A DNA stretch of 64,000 nucleotides from a virus. Below are positions 48,101-55,739 of this stretch, one piece after another. A model generated the notes under the pieces. That model did not search any database and was not told the DNA's origin. It saw only the letters and a program-made list of their open reading frames with translations. A program made the translations under genes and the position numbers. The stretch spans positions 2,036 through 66,035 of IMG/VR virus record IMGVR_UViG_3300015203_000007, one strand, 5' to 3'. Within the stretch, counting starts at the first letter, position 1, and each line of letters begins with the position of its first letter.

Positions 48101-49916
48101 TCGAGCGGATGTAACTGAACTCTGTGCCCTGGAATGCAGACTGAGCGAACCACACGTTCGTATCCACCATGTGCATGTTTCCAGCGTGGAGAGAAATCGC
48201 CTTGTCGATCTGAGTCACAGTAGTTGCGGCGTCAGGGATGTTATATACGAGATGCAAGTAATGTCCTGTTTCGTACTGATCCACCCACGTCGGTGCTACG
48301 TAAGAGTCATAGTCAGGAGACGGTGGAGTTGTCTTCGGCCCCTCGAATGTGCAGACAATATCAGCAAGAGCCATGTAGCTCTTGTCAGGATTGTTTCCGC
48401 AATTGATGATGATACGACATCCAGGATAGTTCGCACGGATGAAGTCAGTGAAGTCCTTGTAGTATTGCCAATTCGTAATGTCACTGCTTACCTGGTCGAT
48501 AAAGATGTCATGGATTCCGTAGTAAGTTACCCAGTCAAGAACCTGCTGATGGGTAGTTGTCGTGGAAATCGTGGCGTACGATGTGTCGATGTATCCATAG
48601 ATCGTGATGCCATTAGCACGCGCATTAGCAATGACAGCCTGGTAGTTCGTATCCGTGAACGTTCCTGGGCCACCCGGAGATCCGGGGTTGGCAATGATTC
48701 CGTGAACGACATCTCCGGCGTTCGTCCAAGAGTCCCAGACAGTGCGCGGAACTCCACCGGGGTAGATGTAAGCCGGAATGATGATCTTTGCTGTGGCAGT
48801 TCCCGCCGCGAACTTGCGCGTGCGCGTCCATGTGGCAATACCAGTCGATGCTCCCGTAGCGATTCCAGCGAATGTACGTGTTCTGCGCAAACTGACAATT
48901 CCTGTCGAGTTAGGTACTCCACTGGACACTGCGGCAGTTCTACGTGTGCGCGCGAAGTACGCTGTGCCCGTGCTCGATCCATTGGAGATCGCCACCATTG
49001 TCTTGTAAACCTGACCACCACCACCGGCAGGCTTGAAGGAAATCATTTCGATGGCGACATTCGAGATCGCTGTTGGGAACGAGTGAGCGTCCGTCAGCGA
49101 ACCAGTACCAGCATCCTTGCGATACGAGTAGTTGACCTGGTAAGTCGTCGGAGATCCGCCGGATCCTGTGGCCTCCGTACCGGCTGTCCATCCGGAAGTG
49201 GAGTCAGTGAATCCAGAGCTTAGGGAGTTGCCCTTCCACGCCGAGAACGTGATGATGAGTTCGTTCGCCTGTGCCAGAGAACCAGACGAGATGCTTACCG
49301 GGCTACTAGTTCCTCCGGCTGTTACCGCGTTGATGTCAAGCGGAGAAGATGTTGCCTGTCCCGTGAAGGAAAAAATCTTCGCGTCGCGAAGTGTGGCAGC
49401 CGCAAGAAGTGTGATCGTGATGACATCCGTAGAAAGAATGTCGCGTGTCGTTACGCACCAGAATGCGCGACCCTTGATGCCTACCTGAGAATTAGCATTG
49501 ATGAGCGTGTAGGCGTTTGCTGTTCCCGCCTGAGACGAGTTATCCGCGATAGACGAAACAATGAAGTCTGCGGAGTTGGTCATGTATCCGACTAGCAGAG
49601 TTCCAATCGGGATCTTCGCTGTTGGCGAGAACGTGTAAGTAGAACCGGATCCACCGGCTCCGTATTCCATGACCTGAATCGGGCCAACCCAATTGGCACC
49701 GGCAGACGGGAACGTGGCTAGTCCTGTAGAACTGCCCGTCGATACCGCAGTTAGATTTCGTGTACGTACGAGCGTGACAATACTGGTAGACGAACCAGTA
49801 GACACTGCCGCGAGAGTCTTGATTCCACCAACAGCAATAGCTCCGCGTGCAGCATATCCCTGCTTGAAGCTCGGATCTTCGCGAGTCGAGTGACGTACTC
49901 GTCTGTTGTTAGCCAT
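45135..49916 (-). CDS. 1593-aa Ser/Thr/Gly repeat protein with embedded spherulin-4 (GH135-like) domain
   Basis: ~50 copies of a 20-aa unit RxRxLxAxSTGSSTGxATLx; IIIPAYIYP, IIANPGS, GYIDTSY, IFIDQ, IINCG, VCTFEG. Confidence 0.75.
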   Translation of the reverse strand: MANNRRVRHSTREDPSFKQGYAARGAIAVGGIKTLAAVSTGSSTSIVTLVRTRNLTAVSTGSSTGLATFPSAGANWVGPIQVMEYGAGGSGSTYTFSPTAKIPIGTLLVGYMTNSADFIVSSIADNSSQAGTANAYTLINANSQVGIKGRAFWCVTTRDILSTDVITITLLAAATLRDAKIFSFTGQATSSPLDINAVTAGGTSSPVSISSGSLAQANELIITFSAWKGNSLSSGFTDSTSGWTAGTEATGSGGSPTTYQVNYSYRKDAGTGSLTDAHSFPTAISNVAIEMISFKPAGGGGQVYKTMVAISNGSSTGTAYFARTRRTAAVSSGVPNSTGIVSLRRTRTFAGIATGASTGIATWTRTRKFAAGTATAKIIIPAYIYPGGVPRTVWDSWTNAGDVVHGIIANPGSPGGPGTFTDTNYQAVIANARANGITIYGYIDTSYATISTTTTHQQVLDWVTYYGIHDIFIDQVSSDITNWQYYKDFTDFIRANYPGCRIIINCGNNPDKSYMALADIVCTFEGPKTTPPSPDYDSYVAPTWVDQYETGHYLHLVYNIPDAATTVTQIDKAISLHAGNMHMVDTNVWFAQSAFQGTEFSYIRSKMSNNSTGRATLVKSKNLIAVSTGGSTGVVTLVRSRSLIAVSTGTSSGVCAVGRARSCIATSTGASSGIATLVRSRKLIAVSTGSSTGVATLARTRTFAAVGTGSSTGIVTTGRLRIFYAISRTGVYLPTYLPQILGYAANSTGIATLVRIRSIAAVSGGSSTGTCTLVRTRNLNAISTGASTGVTSLVRTRGMNAVSTGSSTGIAGLLKSGSKLLFAVSTGSSTGTVTIIRTRVLTVVSTGSSIGVATLARSRNLNAVSTGSSTGIAGLLKSTSKTLYAQATGSSTGIATFARTRTLNAVSTGSSPSVATMVRIRTFAAVSGGTSSGTASCTRVRTSGAVSSGGSTGIATLVRTRALTGRSTGTSMGVCTLAKTRSLFAIALGLSTGRATLVRQRSLIATSTGSSTGVVQIVRTRNLNAISTGSSTGIAGLLKSVGKFITAISTGSSTGIATLSRTRNLTAVSTGSSTGVVALARTRPLSAVSTGSSTGLATVIRTRTFGAISKSSVYTPVYLPQILGYAANSTGVATLVKVRSFSAVSTGSSTGVATLLRTRNLTSVSTGSSTGLVTLVRARKLAAISTGSSTGRASFPTGIKPLVAISGGTSTGVAKFSGLSKNLFATSVNTSSGIASVTRVRTFSALSTFGLGGFILGSSYLGQSNSTGIATLAFAAKTLAARSSGSSTGIATLVRSRAFAAISTGTSTGQATCYRTRTFAGRSTSTSTGVCSTGRTRTFAAISVGTSTGRAALIRTRSFAAISIGTSSGVCGIRRTRALSCISVSSSTGIASIVRVRAFAARSTGSSTGVWNGTGIKLFAALSFSTSTGIASLARARSLAAISVNTSTGVAKLVRTRAFASMSVGMSTGVTKLVRTRGMTACSVNVSTGMVKLTIKHGLFANSTSTSGGTAHFNRTRNLHGFSTNTSTGVAYLSSENMWGVVTIWDILGSSVNVWDSATVTALSDISDSTTVSDTSDSTSVNDSSAKALVFDE
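45300..48090 (-). repeat. 60-nt (20-aa) degenerate tandem repeat array inside the 1593-aa gene
   Basis: e.g. RSRSLIAVSTGTSSGVCAVG / RARSCIATSTGASSGIATLV / RSRKLIAVSTGSSTGVATLA. Confidence 0.85.
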
Positions 49917-50651
49917 TTATCCGGCCCAGGTGCGACGGACTACATGGATACCGCTCTTAGTCTGCGCTGTAACCACGGAAGCGAATACGATCATTCTTCC
50001 CACGGCGCTTGTCGGTGCCAATGTGTAAGTGTGTGTTGGTGCGACAGCGGCCGTACCAGCATTCGGATTGTAACTTACGTCGCTCTCAATGAACGTCACT
50101 GTTCCGCCAGATCCCGTGGCAGGAACTACGGCAGTGAATCCAGAGGTAGGATCAGCGAATCCAGATGCAGCACTGCTCTTGTAACCACCAAGAGCGATGG
50201 CTAGTTCGGATGTTCCCGTCAATGTTCCGGAAGATGCGAATGTCAGTGGGCTTGTTGTTACTGCTGCTGCTCCTACTGTTACATCTACGGTTGGTGTTGC
50301 TCCGGGCGGTGTCCACGTAAGCATGCGTCCATTACGACGCGAACCCGAAGAACCGATTGTCACTGTGATTACATCGGTAGAGAGAATCGCCCGTGTTGTG
50401 GCAAGGCAATACACCGGCAACGCAATTAGCGTGGAACCAGATCCAAGCGTACCAGCCGTGTAAGAATTTGCCGTACCAGCCTGTGTAGAATTGTCAGCGC
50501 AGCTTGTGAAAGTGGCAGCTACATTTGCCGCCACTCCTAGGTAGATGAAACTACCTACAGGAATTGTGGCTGCGGGAGAGAACGTGAATGTAGTTGCACC
50601 TACAGAGGCACCGAATTCGACACTTTCAACAGGCGTTCCCCAACCAGCCAT
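49917..50651 (-). CDS. putative virion protein, paralogous to the N-terminal domain of the 1593-aa protein
   Basis: TFTFSPAATIPVG...ADNSTQAGTANSYT vs TYTFSPTAKIPIG...ADNSSQAGTANAYT. Confidence 0.7.
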   Translation of the reverse strand: MAGWGTPVESVEFGASVGATTFTFSPAATIPVGSFIYLGVAANVAATFTSCADNSTQAGTANSYTAGTLGSGSTLIALPVYCLATTRAILSTDVITVTIGSSGSRRNGRMLTWTPPGATPTVDVTVGAAAVTTSPLTFASSGTLTGTSELAIALGGYKSSAASGFADPTSGFTAVVPATGSGGTVTFIESDVSYNPNAGTAAVAPTHTYTLAPTSAVGRMIVFASVVTAQTKSGIHVVRRTWAG

Positions 50652-50666
50652 GAGCGCGCCTTTCTG

Positions 50667-51149
50667 TTAGCCGAGTGCTTCGACTTCCATGTAGGCAAGA
50701 CAATTGACAATAGCCGGTGGGGTGATACGAAGCGCGAGCGCCTTGACAGTACCACCGGAAGAATCGCATTCGATTTCTCTACCAAGTGGAACAGGGTAAA
50801 TGAATAGACCGCCAGTAGGCGTGACATAGAACTGTCTCACCACTGTCAGTGTTGTTGGTTCGGCCGTGTAATTGTGGCCCGATGTTGGGGCGGATCCCGA
50901 TGTCGCTCGACCACGAACCTGAACAGGCGTTGGTGGAGATGCGGCCGGTGTTCCTGCCGCTCCCTGAGTAGACTGACAAAGCTCTACCAGTACGGGAACA
51001 GCCGAAGCCGTCACACCGTCGAACGAGATCCCAAACTCGACCAAGGATAGACCGTGGCCTGCCGGGGAGATCACGTTCAAGACGGTGTGAAGGGCTGCGG
51101 GCGCAGCGAACACTAGGTTTCTAGCTACGTAAGCTGCTGCTGTTGCCAT
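50667..51149 (-). CDS. putative virion structural protein
   Basis: Beta-rich 160-aa ORF in the fibre operon. Confidence 0.6.
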   Translation of the reverse strand: MATAAAYVARNLVFAAPAALHTVLNVISPAGHGLSLVEFGISFDGVTASAVPVLVELCQSTQGAAGTPAASPPTPVQVRGRATSGSAPTSGHNYTAEPTTLTVVRQFYVTPTGGLFIYPVPLGREIECDSSGGTVKALALRITPPAIVNCLAYMEVEALG

Positions 51150-51152
51150 AGC

Positions 51153-51584
51153 TTAGTCCAGAGTCATTACTAGCGACGTGGCCGGAAGCTGCGGCGTGTC
51201 GCCAACCTGAATCGTACGGAAAGGTGTGATGTCCGCGATCCATAGGAGGTTTCCAGATGTCAGTGCGTCGAAGGCACCTACTGCTAGCACCTGTCCCCAG
51301 TCGGCCGTTACGTCAGCCGGGAATGTGATAGCTACCGCGTTCCACTTGGAAGTAATGAACGGCGTTGCGCCTGTTGTCGCGTTGGCGAAGTTCACTGTGG
51401 AGTTGGCTAGAGCTACGCGAGCGTAACCGTTACCTGCTACCTCTCCACCGGCAGAACCGTCGTCTAGCGGAGTGGACAGGAATAGACCGAAATAGACCGT
51501 TGCGGGAACTGTCAGTGTTAGGTTCCCGAACAGGGCATCCATGAAACGACGCTCCTGCAAAGTTGTCATACTTGCTGCTGCCAT
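51153..51584 (-). CDS. phage tail-fibre-associated structural protein
   Basis: VYFGLF..P...G..GEV.G.GYARV, ITFP..T..WG.V...G.FDALT.GNLL family pattern. Confidence 0.7.
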   Translation of the reverse strand: MAAASMTTLQERRFMDALFGNLTLTVPATVYFGLFLSTPLDDGSAGGEVAGNGYARVALANSTVNFANATTGATPFITSKWNAVAITFPADVTADWGQVLAVGAFDALTSGNLLWIADITPFRTIQVGDTPQLPATSLVMTLD

Positions 51585-51624
51585 TTAGCACCCCTTTTCA
51601 TTGCTCGATAGAATTCTCGGGCGC

Positions 51625-51675
51625 AAAAAGCAAACAGGCCCGTCAGTTAGTAGTATCACTAACTTGACGAGCCTG
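51625..51675 (-). terminator. intrinsic terminator
   Basis: CAGGCTCGTCAAGTTAG...CTAACTGACGGGCCTG hairpin followed by TTTGCTTTTT on the minus strand. Confidence 0.6.
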
Positions 51676-51700
51676 CGCTTAGGCAGTATGTCAGATTTGG

Positions 51701-52078
51701 CTAAAGCTGTTCGATGAGCAATGCGATCTGAGAGAGCTTTACCTTCTTCTTGTCATTGATGACAGAGAGGTTGAATTCATCACCCTTGTACGTAACCTCA
51801 GGGTCAGGATCTTCTAGCTCTGCCCACTTGACTACTTCTTCTGGCAGTTCGCTGCTGTTCTTTTCTTTGCCATAGATGAAGTAGTTAATGACGCTGCTGC
51901 CAGCTTCTTCGTCTCTATGCTTCTCTGGCGGCGGGATCACTCCCTGTTCTACTGCCACGTCGCAGAGATGTCCGAGACAGCATCTACCGCCTCTGACACG
52001 CCCTAGCCATCCACGGGTCTGCTTGGACTTTGGATCTAGCAAGCGTTCCTGCCAGAGCCGCTTGACTTCTTCGTTCAT
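51701..52078 (-). CDS. conserved phage hypothetical protein (CCLG..CD family)
   Basis: ATG 52078 in ATGA overlap; W..RLL....Q.RG.L....CCLGHLCD. Confidence 0.6.
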   Translation of the reverse strand: MNEEVKRLWQERLLDPKSKQTRGWLGRVRGGRCCLGHLCDVAVEQGVIPPPEKHRDEEAGSSVINYFIYGKEKNSSELPEEVVKWAELEDPDPEVTYKGDEFNLSVINDKKKVKLSQIALLIEQL

Positions 52079-52632
52079 GCGATTCCTAGTCTCGACGCAC
52101 ATACCCACGTAGGCGAGAAGTTCGTCCCGTGGCTGGATGCTCTCCACGCCCACCCGGTAGATAGCTCGGGCGAGCGCATGACGCGCTCGGGAAGGTGGTG
52201 AACCCAATTGATCTGCCACGTTCCCGTATCTCCTGTGCTACTCACGCGGGTAGGGTTGAAGCTCGACTCGCAGCTTACCACCTTCCACGCGAGAAGTACC
52301 GCCCAGTGTCCCGCCTTGGAGAATTGGCGGCGGATGATCCACTTAACGCCGGGACGCTCTAGGCGTAGATGACGCCAGTGGGTGCGCTCTAGACGGCGCA
52401 TGTGCTTGGCTGTTGCCATTGCACTGTGGCACTGAGATGTTGTGGTAGGACGGTGCCAGTGAGTTCTCTTTGGCGCGTGTCCTCTCAAGCTCTGTGTCAC
52501 GTTGATATGAGCCTTCGTGTAGTCCATTCTCTGCCATGCTAGCTGAGACTTACACGTACTCAGTTCTGAACCATGTGCAACGCTTGGCATTAGCATTGTA
52601 GCCAACGTCGTGATGAGTAGTAGTACCTTCAC
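52075..52632 (-). CDS. secreted lysozyme-like/SLT transglycosylase
   Basis: GTG start after GGAGG; N-terminal signal peptide; VSCESSFNP, GDTGTWQIN. Confidence 0.7.
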   Translation of the reverse strand: MKVLLLITTLATMLMPSVAHGSELSTCKSQLAWQRMDYTKAHINVTQSLRGHAPKRTHWHRPTTTSQCHSAMATAKHMRRLERTHWRHLRLERPGVKWIIRRQFSKAGHWAVLLAWKVVSCESSFNPTRVSSTGDTGTWQINWVHHLPERVMRSPELSTGWAWRASSHGTNFSPTWVCASRLGIA

Positions 52633-52663
52633 GCATACCCCTCCTTGGTAGTTTACAAACGAC

Positions 52664-52708
52664 AAAACAGCCCTGTCTCAAAAACCTAACATGAGACAGA
52701 GCGGTTTT
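52664..52708. terminator. hairpin terminator
   Basis: CTGTCTCA/TGAGACAG stem flanked by A- and T-tracts. Confidence 0.45.
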
Positions 52709-52717
52709 TATTAGTGC

Positions 52718-53191
52718 TTATGTCTTCGCAGGAAGGCGGTGGCCGTACTTCTTACCCGCAAGGATTTGCGGGATCTTCACCGTGTCGCCACGGTAAATCT
52801 GTTCGGTAGGCTGCTCATGCAACTTGATGCGCGTAGCCTTACCTGTCTCGGGATCTGTCATCACGTACGTGACTTCGATGATGTCACGCTTGTACGTGTT
52901 CTTCTTTGGGACGTGGATTCCCTTGACGTATTCAGCGATCACTTCCAGATCGTGCTCAGAAATGTTCGTCTCGCCCTTGGAAATCTTCTCAAGCCATCTC
53001 GCATAGTAGCGCAAGCGATCCACGATGCGGTTGATGTCATCGGAATTGATGAGAAGAGTGCCGTTCATCACGGCTGTCCCGAAGCTCTCCACCACTTGTG
53101 CAGCTTCGTCCGCGCGCATGGCAAGGATCATTGCCTTCTTGCGCACGTCCTCTTCTGCCTTCGGTGTATATGCGGGTGCTTCTTCCATCAT
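52718..53191 (-). CDS. hypothetical protein
   Basis: 157-aa ORF, ATGA overlap. Confidence 0.55.
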   Translation of the reverse strand: MMEEAPAYTPKAEEDVRKKAMILAMRADEAAQVVESFGTAVMNGTLLINSDDINRIVDRLRYYARWLEKISKGETNISEHDLEVIAEYVKGIHVPKKNTYKRDIIEVTYVMTDPETGKATRIKLHEQPTEQIYRGDTVKIPQILAGKKYGHRLPAKT

Positions 53192-53277
53192 GGCTTATAC
53201 CAAAAGAAGTGCCAGATTTCGACGGCAAGGGTTCCCATCCCGTAACCGGCCATGAGATAGATGAAGAAATGCATCAT
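53188..53277 (-). CDS. 29-aa TM peptide
   Basis: MMHFFIYLMAGYGMGTLAVEIWHFFWYKP; ATGA overlaps at both ends. Confidence 0.4.
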   Translation of the reverse strand: MMHFFIYLMAGYGMGTLAVEIWHFFWYKP

Positions 53278-53447
53278 CCTTGCTTGTGCCTGTTCGTGCT
53301 GCCTGGGCGACGTGTGTTGCTCTTGGCAGGCTTGCCGGAGGCACCGCTGGACTCTGGGAGTCTTTCCCATGCCTGGCGGCGCGCTGCGAGGTTGTGTCTC
53401 TCTCCGTGGGGCTTGTTGGAAAGCCCGCCCTTCTTCTTGATGCTCAT
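53274..53447 (-). CDS. small basic protein
   Basis: MSIKKKGGLSNKPHGERHN... Confidence 0.4.
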   Translation of the reverse strand: MSIKKKGGLSNKPHGERHNLAARRQAWERLPESSGASGKPAKSNTRRPGSTNRHKQG

Positions 53448-53485
53448 GCCGAGAGCGTAGCACATGTGGATCGAGAACGGAATCC

Positions 53486-53515
53486 TTGACAAGCGGAGGG
53501 ATGACCTGATAGGAT
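53486..53515 (+). promoter_or_regulatory. sigma70-type promoter for the plus-strand block
   Basis: TCC-TTGACA-AGC (same 12-mer as the 13119 and 54942 promoters), N18, TG-n-TAGGAT. Confidence 0.55.
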
Positions 53516-53732
53516 CGCGCCCGCAGTGACCATATTAGGGGCTATGCTATGCTCCATCTACTCAGTCGAAAGGTGCCGCCGCGAGGTTTAGAACTTCGCG
53601 GGGCGTCCTCTGGGGACAGCAGTGGGTACTACATCCGCAGAGAGTGTATATACTCGATCCCCTACGGGGATATGTAGAACATCAAACTACCCCATGACAG
53701 ACTTTTAGCTTTACACGAAACGAGAGGGAGAT

Positions 53733-54932
53733 ATGGCACCAAGAGCAGATGCGTCTTCGGACAGGATCAAAAAGACATTTCTCAAGGGAACAGATATGGA
53801 TTCCGAGAAGGTCGATCTTGTTGTGGAGAGATCACAGGATCTTCAAGAAGTCACCTGTCTGATCGAAGAGCGTCCAGTCGTCATCTTCTCATCGAATGCT
53901 GCCGGAGAGGTAGTAGTCGATGTGAGACAGCAAGACGGAATAAAGCTAGCAGGAGATGTCGGACACGGAGATGATGACAAGAGGGAACTAGCATCTGCAT
54001 GGCTAGAAGGACAGGGTACGAACTGGCGTGATGATGGCAGCGAAGTGGTTTTCACTTTGTCGAAGGGACAGGCTTCCATCGCATTGCCTAAGGCTGACAA
54101 GCCGGGTATCCTCACTCCGACCAACATCCATCCGGTATACGGACAGCCGGATATGCTCTTCGCAATCGCGATGGGTATTGAGTACGGAGATCACACGATT
54201 CTCTCCGGCCCTACCGGAACGGGAAAGACTACGGCATACGCTTTCCTAGCACAGCTACTCAACTGGAATTTCGTCCGCGTACAGATTGACCCTAAGACAG
54301 AGGGTGCTTCTCTCGTCGGCGAATATCTCCCAGTAGGAGCGGGACATTTCGAGTGGTGTGATGGGCCTGTGACTGAGGCAGTAAGACTTTCCAAGGATCA
54401 CCCTACGATCCTAGTCCTGGATGAGCTTTCTCGCATCGGAAATGTGGCAGAGCTTTCGCGTCTCTACTCTCTGCTAGATGACGGTAGGAGACTAGCCATC
54501 CCAGAGAAGTCGCATGAGAACATGGGTGAGCCGGAAGTCATCTTCCCCGGCAAGCTTTACATCGGTGCGACCATGAACCCTGCCGATGATGAAGGAGCGG
54601 ATTACATCGGTGTGCGTGAGCTTGACCCGGCTTTGATGTCGCGGTTCGCATTCGCACCGGAGGTTCACTACCCCACGCCGAAGGTCGAGACGAAGACTCT
54701 CTGTGACCGCGTTCCCGGTCTGTCTCACGCGCACGCGGAGAGAATGGTCAAGCTCGCGAACTCGATCAGGGATTCCGCCGAGATCATGTACCCGATGTCT
54801 TTCCGCGAACTGGTAGCGTGGGCGAAGGCATTCCCCTACTACGGGTTCCAGCCTGCGGCGGAAGTCGCGTTCGTGAAGAAGGCGCATCCCACGTATCAGG
54901 GCGACATCCGGCGCTTGCTCAGCATGGTCTAA
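53733..54932 (+). CDS. MoxR/CbbQ-type AAA+ ATPase
   Basis: LSGPTGTGKTT, VLDELSR, ATMNP, LDPALMSRF, SFREL. Confidence 0.85.
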   Translation: MAPRADASSDRIKKTFLKGTDMDSEKVDLVVERSQDLQEVTCLIEERPVVIFSSNAAGEVVVDVRQQDGIKLAGDVGHGDDDKRELASAWLEGQGTNWRDDGSEVVFTLSKGQASIALPKADKPGILTPTNIHPVYGQPDMLFAIAMGIEYGDHTILSGPTGTGKTTAYAFLAQLLNWNFVRVQIDPKTEGASLVGEYLPVGAGHFEWCDGPVTEAVRLSKDHPTILVLDELSRIGNVAELSRLYSLLDDGRRLAIPEKSHENMGEPEVIFPGKLYIGATMNPADDEGADYIGVRELDPALMSRFAFAPEVHYPTPKVETKTLCDRVPGLSHAHAERMVKLANSIRDSAEIMYPMSFRELVAWAKAFPYYGFQPAAEVAFVKKAHPTYQGDIRRLLSMV

Positions 54933-54941
54933 ACGAATTCC

Positions 54942-54969
54942 TTGACAAGCGTCAAAAGTGTGCTACCTT
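54942..54969 (+). promoter_or_regulatory. sigma70-type promoter of the tRNA array
   Basis: TTGACA-N16-TACCTT, extended -10 TG. Confidence 0.75.
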
Positions 54970-55014
54970 TCAGATATGCCGACCGAGGGGGAAACCCCGG
55001 AGTCGGCTCCACAT

Positions 55015-55049
55015 GCCGGAGGGGTTCCGCAAGGGCCTCTCCGGCACCA
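55015..55049 (+). ncRNA. candidate CCA-ended minihelix RNA
   Basis: GCCGGAGGGG-TTCC-GCAA-GGG-CCTCTCCGGC-ACCA, preceded by the CACAT leader seen before several tRNAs. Confidence 0.4.
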
Positions 55050-55054
55050 AATAA

Positions 55055-55128
55055 TTGGATGTAGCTCAATCTGGTAGAGCGCGCGGTTTGGGGCCGTGAG
55101 GTTGGAGGTTCGATTCCTCTCATCCGAA
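55055..55128 (+). tRNA. tRNA-Pro(TGG)
   Basis: CGCGG-TTTGGGG-CCGTG anticodon arm; TTCGATT T loop. Confidence 0.9.
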
Positions 55129-55194
55129 CTAGGTTTGTCCACCTTCCCTAAAGCAGTTGATAACGTGGATGACGGTAGGAAAGACTACGCGAAT

Positions 55195-55268
55195 GGGGGT
55201 TTAGCTCAGTCCGGGAGAGCACCTGCCTTGCACGCAGGGTGTCGTGGGTTCAAATCCCACATCCTCCA
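55195..55268 (+). tRNA. tRNA-Ala(TGC)
   Basis: CCTGC-CTTGCAC-GCAGG; G3:U70, A73. Confidence 0.92.
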
Positions 55269-55282
55269 CTGCACGACCACAT

Positions 55283-55354
55283 TGCCGATTAGCTCAGCGG
55301 GAGAGCACTTGGTTTACACCCAGGGTGTCGGGGGTTCAAATCCCTCATCGGCTA
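55283..55354 (+). tRNA. tRNA-Val(TAC)
   Basis: CTTGG-TTTACAC-CCAGG; U1-U72 mismatch. Confidence 0.9.
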
Positions 55355-55418
55355 CTAGAACTTCGGCAGCGGTCGCGCTGAATCGAGCACCGAAGGGCAA
55401 GTTCACGTCAGCGCACAT

Positions 55419-55491
55419 GGAGACGTAGTTCAATCGGCAGAACACCCCGCTGTCTACGGGGAGGTAGAGGGATCGTAACCCTTCGTCTTCG
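55419..55491 (+). tRNA. tRNA-Asp(GTC)
   Basis: CCCCG-CTGTCTA-CGGGG; G73; atypical ATCGTAA T loop. Confidence 0.88.
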
Positions 55492-55506
55492 CTCTAAACA
55501 TATCTC

Positions 55507-55579
55507 GCCGGGTTAGTTCATCTGGTAGAACGCCTGTTTTGTACTCAGGAGGTGGCGTGTTCGAGTCGCGCATCCGGCG
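55507..55579 (+). tRNA. tRNA-Thr(TGT)
   Basis: CCTGT-TTTGTAC-TCAGG. Confidence 0.85.
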
Positions 55580-55593
55580 CTTAGTAGATCGAC

Positions 55594-55607
55594 GTTCTTT
55601 GACAACT
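55594..55607 (+). promoter_or_regulatory. boxA-like antitermination element
   Basis: GTTCTTTGACAACT resembles rrn boxA (GYTCTTTRAMAA). Confidence 0.5.
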
Positions 55608-55645
55608 GACTTGTGAAATGCCGCGCGTCATTCTTACGCGCACAT

Positions 55646-55717
55646 GCCGTTGTTGCCGAGTGGCTAAGGCAATGGGTTGCAACCCCATTAACACTGGTTC
55701 GATTCCAGTCTTCGGCT
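55646..55717 (+). tRNA. tRNA-Cys(GCA)
   Basis: ATGGG-TTGCAAC-CCCAT; U73. Confidence 0.88.
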
Positions 55718-55739
55718 CTCAGAGAGAAAGGGGAGAGCA

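Noticed and set aside
45214-49488. Long plus-strand ORFs (e.g. 48171-49223, 350 aa; 45214-45927)
   Set aside because: Antisense shadows of the repetitive 1593-aa gene; no RBS or motifs
55358-55414. Theta/HDV-like ribozyme after tRNA-Val
   Set aside because: Only ~8 nt lie between putative P2 and P1' (P3/L3 needs ~13), and there is no UYCNCG loop or CRA J4/2
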